The notes under the pieces were generated by a model. It had not been told where the DNA came from. It did no database searches and saw nothing but the letters and a program-made list of their open reading frames with translations. 64,000 bases of DNA from Veleropilina oligotropha (Eukaryota), in the NCBI GenBank assembly GCA_048128005.1, contig JBEUKZ010000133.1, positions 1-64,000 of the forward strand. The letters run 5' to 3'. A program made the translations under genes and the position numbers. Positions 1 through 13,700 of the stretch are shown here, piece by piece. Positions within the stretch are counted from its first letter, which is position 1. Each line of letters starts with the position of its first letter.

Positions 1-687
1 GGTAGCAATAGTTTTGGACAGCGCAATCCTGTATATAGCAATATTAATTAATGGAAGGTAATGTGATATGAAAGCACAACGGTAGTTGCTTTCTCTCTAT
101 GTAAACTCAACTTCAGAGTATTAACAGAATAAAGACAATTCAAGGCAAATTATTAATCCATTTCAAGTTTATTTTATCATGTCATGTGGTCTGGGAAACT
201 AAATTACAATGCATCAGGGAGCCATTGTGATCGAAATGAAAATTTCCCACGTTTACAGCATTTGCTATTCTGTTCAGACTCCCTCTCGACAGTGTCCGAT
301 TTCTTACTGCTATTCGCTGCCGTACAGACAAAAAATTTGGATATATTTGACTGCGACAAAAGGCAACAAAAAATAAATGTTATGTTTCTGGTATCATGGT
401 CAACTGAGAAATGATGCGGCCATGCAGGGTTTTTTTTTTATCTGGGACATTTTTTATTTCAGCATGGTATACTTCCAAAGAGAAAAAATAGAAACTGCGA
501 CAAAATGACCTCTTAGGAATTAATAACTAGTATTCTTTAGTAATACGATGGATAAAAGTTGCTATATTATGCACATCTTGCAAATATTGTGTCACAAAAG
601 TTTAACACGACCTATAAATACTCATGGGAATGCATAATATACCAATTTTAGTGATATTTAATCCAGTAGTTTTCAAATAAATCGAGG

Positions 688-692
688 GTATA

Positions 693-766
<74 letters not shown>
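688..766. repeat. (TA)n microsatellite
   Basis: Direct inspection. Confidence 0.98.
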
Positions 767-769
<3 letters not shown>

Positions 770-2616
770 TGTGTGCATGCAGCACACATGCATTGTATAC
801 ATACATATACAGTCAATTCAATGTTCACTATTATATTTCTTGTAAATATAAAATAACTTTTTATTTTTCATCATGATCATGCATTATTATTTTTTATATT
901 GCTTAATTTGTTGTTTTCACTTTCTGTGCCCTTTCATTTTTATTTTCCCTCCAATAAATAATCCATTTCATAAACTTTGACCTTTCTTATTGCTGTCAGT
1001 GCCCAGGACTGTGTTTTTGCGACATGTATGCAAATTACGGTTCGTGCTTGTGACGTGTTTCGTTAGATCTGTTGATAAACTGTTGCCTTTGATATCTGGA
1101 GTAAATTTGGCTGTTCCGTCTATTAACGTTGCTGGAACAGCCGAGACGGAGGGAAACCCAGACATGGCTAGCCACCATTACTGGCATTGGGAGGGACTGT
1201 TTTGTCTGCGTGGATTGCCACAATTTAGAACATTTTCATTGAGTAAAGACTGCATAATATTTACAGCATGAAGGTATTATTAGGTAACTTTATCCATGTT
1301 ATTTCAATAGAATATCTATATATATGCAATATATTCCTGTAATGGTATATTTTGCGTTTTGTCAAAGACTGTTTTTGTCCAGACACTGTCACAGTTGGCG
1401 CACGATCACGTTTCTTAGAAAGGAAACCCTGATTACAGTATATGCACACGGATCATTTGATAATGTTGGAACTGACGCGCGCGGAAACCAGAAACATAAT
1501 ACATTTATTGTTTGGCCTAACTTCACATACTAGTATCGTGAAACGCTGAAACGGCGAAGTCTTCAAGTTGCATTGCGATTTCGATATGCTTTCCGCTGAG
1601 GTCAAAAAGTAGAACGCTCGTTATTTTCCGTCAGTTCTCGGGATATATGGTGCCAGTTGCCACGATGTTTGACGGAGTATTGCGAGCAATTCTCCGATTG
1701 GGATATGTCAATGAATAAGCTTGCTCGAAGCAAGCGGGAACGCTGAAAGTCGACTAACGACCTAGCTCACTTGGATAATCATTCGATCGAGTAACTAATA
1801 TACCTTATAGTTTTAATCTATAAAATGTGCAAGGATAGCAAGTCATAAATCAATATCATGTGCACTGATTAATTTGGGATTTATTTATAGGTCGCACAGC
1901 CTAAAACGATATACGCGCGAAATGCGACTGAATTTAATTTTGGTCGCAAACGTCAAAATCAAGTCGCAAACGCGACCAAACTGGTCGCACTGTAGAGCAC
2001 TGATTACGTGCGGTGGATATGCCATTACGTGCTGTGGTTATGTCATTATGTGTATGAGCTCCTTCGGAAATACCGAACACTGCCGATGAAGTTACTTCGG
2101 TTCCAAGATGACCTGGCTTTGTAAATCGTGCTTTGAACATTTAATTAATAGAATTCCTGCATTATAAATAATCGATCGGTGTTTTTCGCTAATGAAGATT
2201 TAAAAATAATTAAAAGCGACCCGCTTTCAATTACCTAACACTGAGTGAAATTTCCAGGTTTTTGTTTACATTGTTACGCCAACAGCTTAGTTATCGACTT
2301 GACCTAGTTGACGCAAAGGTACGATGCAGATTTCTGACAGATTACATTGCTTTTTGTTGGTCAATAATATATATTTACCACGCTCGCTATCATCGTCACT
2401 AGACTCTGATGGCATTCATAGCACTATGAATGCCACTCCAATGGCATTCATAGTGCTATGGTGCCGGATGTGACGTATGATGAATAGTTGTGCGTATCTA
2501 ATATATGTCCTAAGATGACCTCCACCAGTGCGTATCTACTCTATGTCCTAATATGACCTCCATTCAAATATTACGTTTATTTTTACGGGATTCTGGTTAA
2601 ATGCTGATGTAAATAT

Positions 2617-2779
2617 AAGGATTGAACTGCAGTTTGATGGCATTTATGGTTGTATAAATGACACCCGCCATTCCATCTTCTCTATGAGAGCGCTGGCGCG
2701 CTCCGCACTCCCATAGAAAATGGAATGGCGGGTGTCATTTATACAACCATAAATGCCATCAAACTGCAGTTCAATCCCT
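2617..2779. mobile_element. Palindromic hairpin MITE
   Basis: About 60-bp perfect inverted arms GGATTGAACTGCAG...CCATTCCAT / ATGGAATGG...CTGCAGTTCAATCC. Confidence 0.8.
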
Positions 2780-4225
2780 ATATGTACTGCATCGTTACAC
2801 TAATAATTTCGTTAGGAATCTATTAATTGATCACAGAACGATCATACCTAATAGGCTAGCTATAATGCGTAATTTGTGTCGGTCTGAACGCTACTTCGAT
2901 GCACGGCTATCACGACAATTCGTCCCCAAACAAGTTCACACAAATTCAGGTGGGAAAAAATTTCCCGGGAATGTTATAAAAGAAGATGCTGACACGTATG
3001 AATGTCATTTGCCGGGCAATTCAAATAATTGTAGAAAATAAAGCTTTAACAATAATCGAGTGTAAGAAACATACGCACACACACGTTTCGTAAAGTAGCC
3101 TTAGTTTTTATTTATATATTATGCTATAATGAATTATAATTGCAACATGAAACTTCTTGGGAAACTAAAAGTTAGCAAATCATTTATTTCCGTTGCCTTG
3201 GGTCTGTTAACAGTTTGTCGTAGGCCTACTCATTACAATATTACATATTAGTATGTAATTTAACTATTTGATTTAGGCCATGGGGCAGGTATGGTTTATC
3301 TGCACCCCTCCCCCTCCGACCCCGTGTTTTTCTGGATCATTGGGGTCCCCTGAGGTGGTAATCAACTGGTAGCAATGATTAAACTGGGACGCACTATCCA
3401 TTTCGGAGCCATATTTGATGGTACCCTCAAAAGCATCGATTTTTCGTCGCTGTCGCGCCATATTCAACACTTGTTCTTTGCAATTTCTAAAGTGGTTAAT
3501 ATCGCTTAATAGCAAAAATGTATACATCAAAAGAAAGCTGGTCAACTACTGACCATCATAAAATATTCATTATTGCAGATTTCATGGATTATTGGTTGTC
3601 TTAACTGGGGTTGAATGGCAGTACCCCCCCTCCCCTTTTTCATCGTACCGAAATCAACGAAAATATTTCGGCTTTTACAAGGTTAGGCCTATATATAAAA
3701 TATGGACCTGGGACTCCCATGGGAAAAATAACACTTTTTTAAGCACCCCAACAGTATAACCTTTTTATTTTAATGAAAACTGAATATATCACCAGGATAT
3801 TTTATATATATGTTGTTAATATGATATTGAAGTGCTTCAACTCGTAGATAATTAACTTAAGCAGTACATATTATATATTATTGACAAACAAAAAGCAATT
3901 TAATCTGTCAGAAAACTGCATCGTACCTTGGCGTCAACTAGGTCAAGTCGATAACTACATAACTAGCTACGGCCCCTATAATCGATTATCGAACCTGTTC
4001 ACTTAACAATGTAAACAAATCTGGAAATTTCAATCAGTCAGGTAATTGAAAGCGGGTCGCTATTAATTATTTTTAAATCTTCATTAGCGAAAACGCCGAT
4101 TGATTATTTATAATTCAGGAATTCTATGAATTAAATGTTCAAAGCATGATTTACAAAGACCCGCCATCTTGGAACCGAAGTAACTTCATCGGCAGTGTTC
4201 GGTAATTCCGAAGGAGCTCATATAC

Positions 4226-4645
4226 ATAATGACAAAACCACCGCACATAATGACGTATCCACCGCATGTAATGACATAACCACTGCACATAATGACATAA
4301 CCAACGAACGGAATGAAATAACCACTGCACGTAATGACATAACCACAGCATGTAATGACATAACCACCGCACGTAATGACATAACCACCACCCGTAATGA
4401 CATAACCACAGCACGTAATGACATAACCACCTCACATAATGACATAACCACTGCACATAATGACATAACCACCGCACATAATGACATAACCACCATATAT
4501 AATGACCAAACCACTGCATATAATGACATAACCACATAATGACATAACCACTGCATATAATGAAATGTAACCTCTTCATATAATGACATAACCACTGCAT
4601 ATAATGACATAACCACCGCGTATAATGGTGCATCCACCGCATATA
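4226..4645. repeat. 21-bp minisatellite (CATAATGACATAACCACYGCA)n, about 19-20 units
   Basis: Direct inspection; explains the repetitive spurious ORFs at 4151-4717. Confidence 0.95.
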
Positions 4646-5956
4646 ATTAATTATCATAACATAAGGCAGCCATAGCATTCCATACGTGTTTATACTGCAA
4701 TTATCATTTACTGACAAACAATTTGCACCTATTTACAAAACAAACATCCATGAAGGTCACCAACACCCGAATACGCAGAAATAAAGAGTAGGCCTAGTTA
4801 TTTTATGCGACAAAGGAAATAATATAACACAAGACCTACATAATATTATGCTGCTCTCAGTTTGAAGTGTGAGGTAGTGGCCTATATTGAAATTAAAACT
4901 CGATCTTACAAATAAGGTAATATATGTGATGCTGTAGAGCAGAAAACGGACAAGATTAACAGTTAGGCGACGCATTGCAGCTGAAGGTGAAATATTTTGC
5001 CCATATGCACATGCAAAACGTGGCGTGCGTGCTTGTGAAGTGGAATATTATATATATATATCGATGGTTTGGATTTAATTTGATTTCCTAATGATGAGTG
5101 ATAATATTATGGTGGCGAAAACCAGAGATCATTTATATACGAGGTAGGCTACTTTGCATGAACTTTTAATAGAATCATCGTCTGATATAATATATTGGTG
5201 ATTCGATTTCCGACGATGTTATTGATGCTCCATTGATGGCCTGGATCCACTTAAATTTTGTCTAGAAAGCTTCAATTAAAATTTAAAACAAGCACAGAAT
5301 GTGTGCAATAACCTGCGTTATAAGCAAAATTTCTACTGTGAAACATGTGTGATACATATAATACAGACCATGTTTCTGTATGATTTCATAGAATTCACAA
5401 ATTGGTTTTCAAGAGTTACGCCCCTTTGACAGACTTAGTTAACTATAATAAAGTTGATTAATTATAATTTAATAAAGTATGCAAAATCTTTAAATGTTTA
5501 ACTGTTATACCTCTTTAACTACTGTGAAACATGTGTGATACATATAATACAGACCACGTTTCTGTATGATTTAATATTTATTCATCAAAGAGGCTGTCAT
5601 GGTAATTTGCTATTCTGTTAGGCAGCATCTCTCAATTCATACATCAAGTGGTCATGCACTTTTTTCAAATTGGCTTGTTGTCGAAGTCGCCTAAAAGGTG
5701 GAAGATCTGGTTGAAATCATTTCAAAATTGTCTTCCCCCCAAGAAGAACAACAAGAACAACAACAACAACTTACATGTACCATTCATTGACCCTGCTAGA
5801 CGCAGGTAAAAATTTGTTCATAATATGGTGTTTCGTGCATAATATTAATTTTCCACTTATTTCCACCAGTTCACTTTTCAACCGCCAATTCAAGAGAGAT
5901 CATCAGCATTTGAACAGCCTTTATAAAGGATTCATGTCAAATCGTACTCTAGTGTA

Positions 5957-6501
5957 GTCGTACCAAGTAAAGTCTTACCAAATTTTATATCTTTCTCTGT
6001 TGAAAAATTGAAAAATTTACCCCACACTTGGCATACTATTTATAATCAGATTGACCAACATTTTATATTGCGAGATCGCCATCCTCGGAATTGTCATCTT
6101 TCATAATGGCAATATCATATAAACCTGTAAGACCAGTATATACCGAAATACTTAATACTTGGTCGTATTTAATCTTCAAACTGATATAAATCTTCTATTA
6201 TATTTGTGAAAACTTGTTTAGTAATGTAAGACATCATAAAGTTTATATAATTAATATATAATTTATGTCGATAATTATTCATATTGATTTGTTTTATATT
6301 TTATTTTAATAGTTGTCTTGATACATGATATGTATATTTATGTGTGCAATAAATGTAAAATGATTAAATTCTAAAAGCTATTTTGTTCATATAATTGGTT
6401 TATTAATATCTGACTGTCTTTGTGTAAAGAAGTTAATGCGAGTTTTACAATTTAAAGTGGAAAAGTTGACCAGATTTGGTAGGACTTCACTTGGGGACGA
6501 C
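5957..6501. mobile_element. Degenerate MITE
   Basis: GTCGTACCAAGTAAAGTCTTACCAAAT / ATTTGGTAGGACTTCACTTGGGGACGAC inverted match. Confidence 0.5.
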
Positions 6502-7243
6502 TTGACCCCTGGTGCACCCTTTATAAATACTGCAACACTCAGTTACACTGGTTTCGCTTTGCATAGTCTAGGGATCGCTATACATTTCAAATATCTAACT
6601 TAGATATTTGAAATGTTTAGCAAACCCTACTTATTGTTACACTGACTCGAGTGCCCATGCGCATTTGTAAACATTAGAAATACACAAAATATTCTGCATG
6701 GGAATACAGTGTCTCATGCGAATTTTTTAAAATCTAGGCTTATTTTACGCCAATTAGGAGTACACTTCATGTTCTTTATTTAATTTATAATATTGAATAC
6801 GGTTTACATGTGTAGCGTTGCATGAAGGTAGTAATTCACCAATTTTATTGTCTGACATTAACATAATTTAGTGAAGAACTACAGAGTTAGAATAAATACC
6901 GAAAACTCTCGGGCAAATATCTATTTTAGTACAAGAATACACATGGACTTTGCAAACTGGGTGCACCGTACACCCTGGTTAAGAAATTATCTGGAGTGCT
7001 GATTTTTCGCCTTGTCCAGGTATCAACTGCATGTAATGGCTGTATAAACCGATACTCGATCAATAACAAACTATGTAAAATAATGCCCTGTGCTAAATAG
7101 AGGCTATCGAACGAGTGTCCATTCCATATGAGAATTATGAAACGAGTCGGGCACAATTTATGTACCGAGCCTTGGCGAGGTACATAAATTTGCTGACGAG
7201 TTTCATAATTCTCATATGAAATGGACACAAGTTTCATATCTTC

Positions 7244-7623
7244 TTTATCACATGACTTTATTAACCTTTAAACTTATTTAATTGCGTTTTTAAACACATT
7301 TCTTTACGTTTTAAAACTAATTTCTGTCGGTACTTTCAGCCATAAATTGCCATTGACTCAGACGCATCACGCCTCGAAAGCACGCGCCATGCCAGTACGC
7401 CAATAAAAAATAGTTCAACGTCAGTAATCAACGAATCGAATCAACGTGTATGAATTATTCAATATGTTAATGAGGGTGATGCGCCGCCTAATCAGCTTGG
7501 CGCCAGATACGACGACAGGGCATCTCGCTCTCCCTCATTTGCATACTTATGGGACGTGTCTTTTTATATGGAAATTTATGGAACGGCTAAAACCGTTCCA
7601 TAACAGCTTTGTCATGTGATAAA
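7244..7623. mobile_element. Small TIR element just upstream of LMTK-like exon 1
   Basis: TTTATCACATGAC ... GTCATGTGATAAA inverted termini. Confidence 0.5.
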
Positions 7624-7694
7624 TGATATTATGTCATATGTATCATATATTCAAACACATGTATTTACATTTCAGATGCTGTGACTAACGCGCC

Positions 7695-7793
7695 ATGTTG
7701 CTGCTGACCCTTGCGGTCAGTGTAGGGGTCAGTATGACCCTCGTTGTTCTGCTGTTTGGCTGTGCCTGCTGGATAAAAAAACAAGGGTTCAGG
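7695..7793 (+). CDS. AATK: LMTK-like coding exon 1 (TM segment, juxtamembrane Cys)
   Basis: Acceptor ttcag at 7671-7675; in-frame TAA upstream of GCCATG; MLLLTLAVSVGVSMTLVVLLFGCACWIKKQGFR; donor gtgggt at 7794. Confidence 0.8.
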
Positions 7794-10700
7794 GTGGGTT
7801 GGATAAACGATTAAACTGACTGCAACTATGCATTATTTAAGAAACAGCTTGTAATACCATTCTAAGCTTTCGACGCAACTTGTGTTCTTAATCACCACTG
7901 GTTCAACCGTTGTGTAAATGTATCAGGTGGTCATGTGACATCAGGATGACGTCTCATTGGGGGGAAAGATGGAATGTGCTCAACTCTGTTGAGATCAGAC
8001 TAGCATATTTCATTGAGATTTCATCGTGACTTTTCATATTTCATCATTAATTAGTGGAGTTTTGTAGGGGTTATTATTAGATATCCGTCTCTTGAAGGAG
8101 ATGCTCAGCCAAGTCCGACTACAGATATGGCTGAAAAATTGTCAGAAATGTGATCATAAAAGTTAAAACTGATTCACTCCACCTCACCGCCTGTGGATAG
8201 TAGTTCAAGTTTATACAGGAACTTCCCCCTCTCTCTTTCATCATACACCTCTGAAATGTATGCCATAAGCAGGGCATTCGTGACCTCTTTCTCTTGTCTA
8301 AATGTTGTGATTGTTATTGTAGGATTTCGACGACAGTTTTGACTCCGAGGCCCCTTCTCCTCAGCCCAGTCCTAACCTGGGCCTCAGTGTGACCTTTGAA
8401 CCCTTACCTGATATTTTACCCAAAAGCGCTTCTTGCGAACCAAGCAAGCCTGCTCTCAGACCCCGGGTATCGTGCCTAAATAAACAAAAGCACGAACAAA
8501 TTGCCAAACTTTTAGGTATGTATGATATGTTTATTAAAGAAATCAGTCGATACTCGTGCAATCATCCATTTGATTGTATTTAAAATATTTCTTCAAATTT
8601 TCATCTTTTAATGCCCTCATCAATTAAGGGTAGATATGTAATATCTATTTTGTCTAATTGTTGTTTTTTACCTTTTAAATTCAGCAATACGAGATCCTTT
8701 TCCACGAGATCAGCTTCTATACATTCATGAAATTGGATCTGGATGGTTTGGACATGTAAGTTTTAGGAGCCAGTGATCAGAAATGTAACTTCTGAGTACT
8801 TGTTCAAATTAATCGAAACATTACATACAGAAGGTAATGGCCTTGCTATATTAGAAAGCTTTCCTGTCATTTTCAAGGTCGTTGCTATGGTAACGGTGGC
8901 ATCTTGAAATTCAGTTTCCTTAATTTTTGGCAGGGCTATAGGCATGGACCGTCGGCATTGGCGTTCGCTTTCTGTCACATAGAAGACGAACCGCTGGACG
9001 TATGCTTTTAATATTTGGTATATACCTTGTATACCATCAGGCCTTGCCTAAGTTCAAAGATGGGGTCTTTGGGTCAAAGGTCAAGGTCATTTTCGTGTAT
9101 TTCTGTTCTTGACTTTGAAGATTACTTTCTGTCACATAGAAGACGAACTGCTGGACCTCTGCTTTTCATATTTGGTATACATCTTGTATACCATCAGGCA
9201 TTGCCTAAGTTCAAACATGGGGTCAAAGGTCAAGGTCAGTTTCATGTATTTCCGTTCTTGACAGGGAAGATTGCTTTCTGTCACATAGAAGACAAACTGC
9301 GAGACATATACCTTTCATATTTGGTATACACCTTGTGTGCCATCAGGCCTTGCTTAAGTTCAAAGTTTGGGTCAAAGGTCAAGGTCATTTTTGTGTATTT
9401 CCATTCTGGACTTGCAAGATTCCTTTCTGTCACATAGAAGACGAAACACTAGACCTACATCTTTCGTATTTGGTGTGCACCTTGTGTACCATCAGGCATT
9501 GCCCAAGTTCAAAGATGGGGTAACTGAGTCGAAGGTCATATGAACTATTGTTAAATATACTTTCTGACAATTAATATGAAATTTATTATAGAGTTATTGA
9601 TTATTTAATCTCTATGGATGTATTATATACAAAAGACGGGCCACTATGAGGAGCATACCTCTAGGTCTCAGCGATATACGGTGAACATGGCAGGATGGAG
9701 GGATGCGATTTCATTGAGGAAAGTGAGGTGTCATACTAGCCTTTGCTTTTTAACTAACTTAGCAACTAACTAACTGGCAATACATAACATAGATGCATGG
9801 AAAAAAACTTTATTTTGTGCAAAAAATCAATGTTGAGAAAATAACAGAGAAAATTGTAAATTTATAAATTTCTTTTGAAATAAAGGAAAAAATCAATTTA
9901 TGGACAAATGGACGCATCTTTACAAAAAGTCAATTAACCTATTGCTGCTGAACAGGAAACATTGTTAATGGACCTGCAACAGACTCTATTACTATAAGTT
10001 GTTACCCACAACATTTGTTTTAAATTAATGAAAATGTTTGATAGCGGTTTAGTGAGCCAGACAACCAATGGGAGCATTGACATGGATTTAAGTTATAATC
10101 TTGCCAGTACATCACAATAATAGCAAGCATCATGCCGCATATTCCCTACATGGTATGTCTGATCAGATGGAAACCTTTCTCCATCATTTCCAACAACAAT
10201 GCGACTGAAAAATTGTTAAAGTGGTCGTAAACTTATGGTGCCAACTCACAAATCAACTTGTTTCGTATCCAACAAGAGATATATGTATGTACTTCTTTGG
10301 TGTGTAATCGATCATCAGCACTGGAAAATTCTGTGAAAAACGTATGTCGAAATTTGACCAGGAAGCTTTACCAGTTTACCAGGACATGAAATCTAGATTC
10401 TTGTAGACGTGTAACATTCAGACAGTGTCATTTGTTCACATGTATCAATGTATGAAACCACAATGATAAATTACTTATCTACGCACCTCATTTTCTATGA
10501 AATATTGTTGATTCATAATGTTCATCAACTCTGTTTGGGCTTGCAGGTGTTACATGGAGATGCTGACCAGATCATTGTCGGGTCCCGGCGCAGTCAGGTC
10601 GTGATCAAAGTACTCAAAGACGATGCGATTGCCCTCGAGCAACAGCAATTTGTACAGGAAGTAGCTCCGTTTAGGTACACATAATGCACTGTGTATTGAA

Positions 10701-13700
10701 AACGTGCACCCACATTGGACTATTTGACAACTGTTTATTTTGGTACACTTACAGGCGTTTTGTTCGAGCTTTCGATTAATATTATACTTCAATAAGGAAG
10801 GGAGGGAGGAATGATGCTTAATGTCCTGTATATTTACAACATCAAGGTTCAAGGCAGGACATGTCCGTGTTATCGCCGGAGGAATTTTGCTACAGTGAAT
10901 CTCTGTCTATTCGGTTTCTAAAAATAGCCAGCATTGTCTTAACCAAATAATTAAAGTAAATTCAGTGAATATGCAGCAAAATAGGCTGAAAAAGTTTTAA
11001 ATGCAAATATTTATCTGCGGTCATAGAAATTTTGTTGGACATAGAAAACAACATTTCATGATAATTGCGATAAATGTCCCTGAATTGTTGAAAAAAATGT
11101 TATACTTTTAAATATTCACTATGGTTTTTGTTTTTAAGGGAACTGGACCATCCGAATGTATTGAAGCTATTGGGACACTGCACGGAGACGTCACCGTATC
11201 TCGTCATCCTGGAGTATTTCCCACTTGTACGTTTGCTGAATTTCTTTGGGCTATTCGATTTTTGCTATATTTTCATATAATAGTACATTTATATCAAAAC
11301 AATCACTATTTGAGTAGCGTTTGTCCTTGACTGTAGCTATTTAAAATCCTTTTTTTAAGAAATGATACATTGGGATATATTTAATGACCCTAATTGTCAA
11401 TATGATCTTGGTAATCTAGGATTACAATATCAGACTTGAACTCTATTGCCTGTAATTACCTTTTTATGGTAATCTTCCTAAATCCATGGCTGAAAATAGC
11501 TTTTCTTTGATTTTGCAGACATTGAAATTGTCACAAGTTTGCAAACTTGTTTAATGACTATGTAATGTCATTCATTAACGTTCATTCATTTAACATTACA
11601 TAATAAAAAATACTAAACTTTTTTTCAGGGCGACCTTAAGTCATACCTCCAGCATAACCCCCAGGACCCAGCACGAACCATGCTGGAGTTTACAATGGTA
11701 CTGAAGTTCGCAATGGACATGGCAGCCGGCCTCGCATGTTTACATCGACACAATTATGTGCACCAGTAAGAATGAACACATACTGTCTAATCGACATGTG
11801 TCCTGCTTTGATGCAAATTTTTAGCAAAGCTACTGATGGAAATAATCTTTAAAATTTGTTGCTATAATTGTGTTTACAAAAATACATATTTTGTCATGTA
11901 TAAGAAACATTCAAAATTTTGCTTATATTTCCCTACAGTGATTTTGCTGCTAGAAACTGCCTCGTAACATCAGAACTAGGCGTAAAAGTCGGCGATTATG
12001 GTGTGTCTGAAGACATGTATCGGGTAAGTGTTTACTCGTAGCCAGGTGATGACCTTTTCTGTATAATGTTACAGGGGTCTTAATACCGTATATACTCGCG
12101 TATAAGACGATGTTTTTTATCAAATATATCAACTCAATAGTTAGGGGGTCGTCTTATAGGCGAGACCATACATTTGATCAAACTAAATCGGACTCAAAAT
12201 ACATGAAAATTACGGGTAGCCGTCATATCCATCATTTTGTGCACAAAGTATTTCTCTTCTGCTGAACACGTGTCGCGTTATCGGCCGCCATGTTGAAAAT
12301 TTTTAATCTCGAATCGATTTGTTTTTACAATTATTGAATAATTATTTCTAGCGATATTTAATTAGTCCAGTATATTATGATATGATATAAAAAAAGCTTA
12401 TAAGACGTTGTCTTCATATATAAATTAAAATAATAATTAAATCACCGTAGTTCTCAACGGTGACACGAAACCAAATCAGGGGAGATAATTTTTATGTCTT
12501 GTTAATTTTGTTACAAAAGAAACGTTGTGTTGTTGTTGTCTTATAATTATGTTATTTATCGGCGAACTAAGTGATGTTCACATGAATACATGTAACGGCA
12601 CCTTTTACATTGATTCGTAAGCCTAATCTTTGATTTTGCGTTCAGATAAACCCAAAAGTCTGACAATAGATTTTAATCCGATTATCGATCGATGTCTGCC
12701 ATCCCATAATATCCCCGATTGACATCGTTCATTTCCGTAACATTTCTACACAAACGATGTTTATCGAACTTACAGTTCCGACTTTTTCCGGAAGTAAAAA
12801 TTATTTTGAAACCCACGAGGTTGAAAAAATGGTTAAGCTTCGAATGTTACTGTTGAATAAACATCTTTACGATGGCGTAGCAAGACATACCGGCAAATAC
12901 GCAAGTATTTTGATCAATTTAACTATGTTAATATCAATTATGTATTGTGCAGTCGAAAATTTGCAATTAAGCGTTATGCAATTAAGTGGAATCCACTGTA
13001 CCGCAATACGTGTACTAGTAATCACTGCATCGGGCGACTAATCTGGCTATTGTTTATTCCAAGTGCCAAATTGGACTACTTACATGTTTGTTTGTATAAC
13101 GATCGACATCATTTTGAAACCTGCATGTTGATATTTTTGCAACCGTTTGAAGTCTGAAAGTCGGGGGTCGTCTTATACAAGCGACATACAAATTATTCTG
13201 GTTCTAAGACGGAAAGTTGGGGGGTCGTCTTATAGACGAGATCGACTTATAGGCGAGTATATACGGTACTAGTCTAATGGTACCAAAAAGCAAAGTGTGT
13301 TTTAACTCATTGCGTACCAATCCCACCTTTTGACGATGTATTTATGTGCCACCTAATCCTCAATCATGTCAAAAGACGTCAAATTCACCCTCGCTCGTCC
13401 CCAAGCACGGTAGCGTGTTACATATACGCTGATTTGCGACTATCTATAGCTCCACATACAGCTAGTGATGTCTTTTAAGGCTTGTTTGTCAACTTGTTGT
13501 TTTCATTGGCTATTATAATTATACAGCTAGAAAAACCCGCGAAACTGGGTCAAATGAACACCTGGTCGAGCCCTGACATCACGCTACCACAAGCTTTTGT
13601 TTACAATATTAGCATGCAGTCGTTTACAGGACCGAGGTACATTTGTCAGACTGAAACAGTTAGATGTTACGAAGTAATATTATATCTAGAAAATGTTGAA

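Larger units (their letters stand above)
2001..4650. mobile_element. Foldback-like element: about 370-bp inverted arms (2001-2370 and 3870-4650) ending in 21-bp tandem repeats
   Basis: 2040-2370 is the reverse complement of 3870-4230; both outer ends carry the 21-mer family. Confidence 0.65.

Noticed and set aside
1530..1795. CpG-richer stretch as the kinase promoter or first exon
   Set aside because: Plausible, but there is no diagnostic motif and the donor is weak; needs transcript data.
4151..4717. Repetitive ORFs (WLCHY, NDITTA) and a CRISPR-like appearance
   Set aside because: Translations of a head-to-tail 21-bp minisatellite; no unique spacers, no cas genes, eukaryotic context.
5333..5571. 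55-bp direct repeat pair as LTRs
   Set aside because: Too short and close, with no PBS, PPT or internal coding sequence; more likely a remnant of a tandem monomer.
8467..8472. GTATCG as the exon 2 donor
   Set aside because: Gives phase 0, incompatible with exon 3; the donor at 8516 fits.
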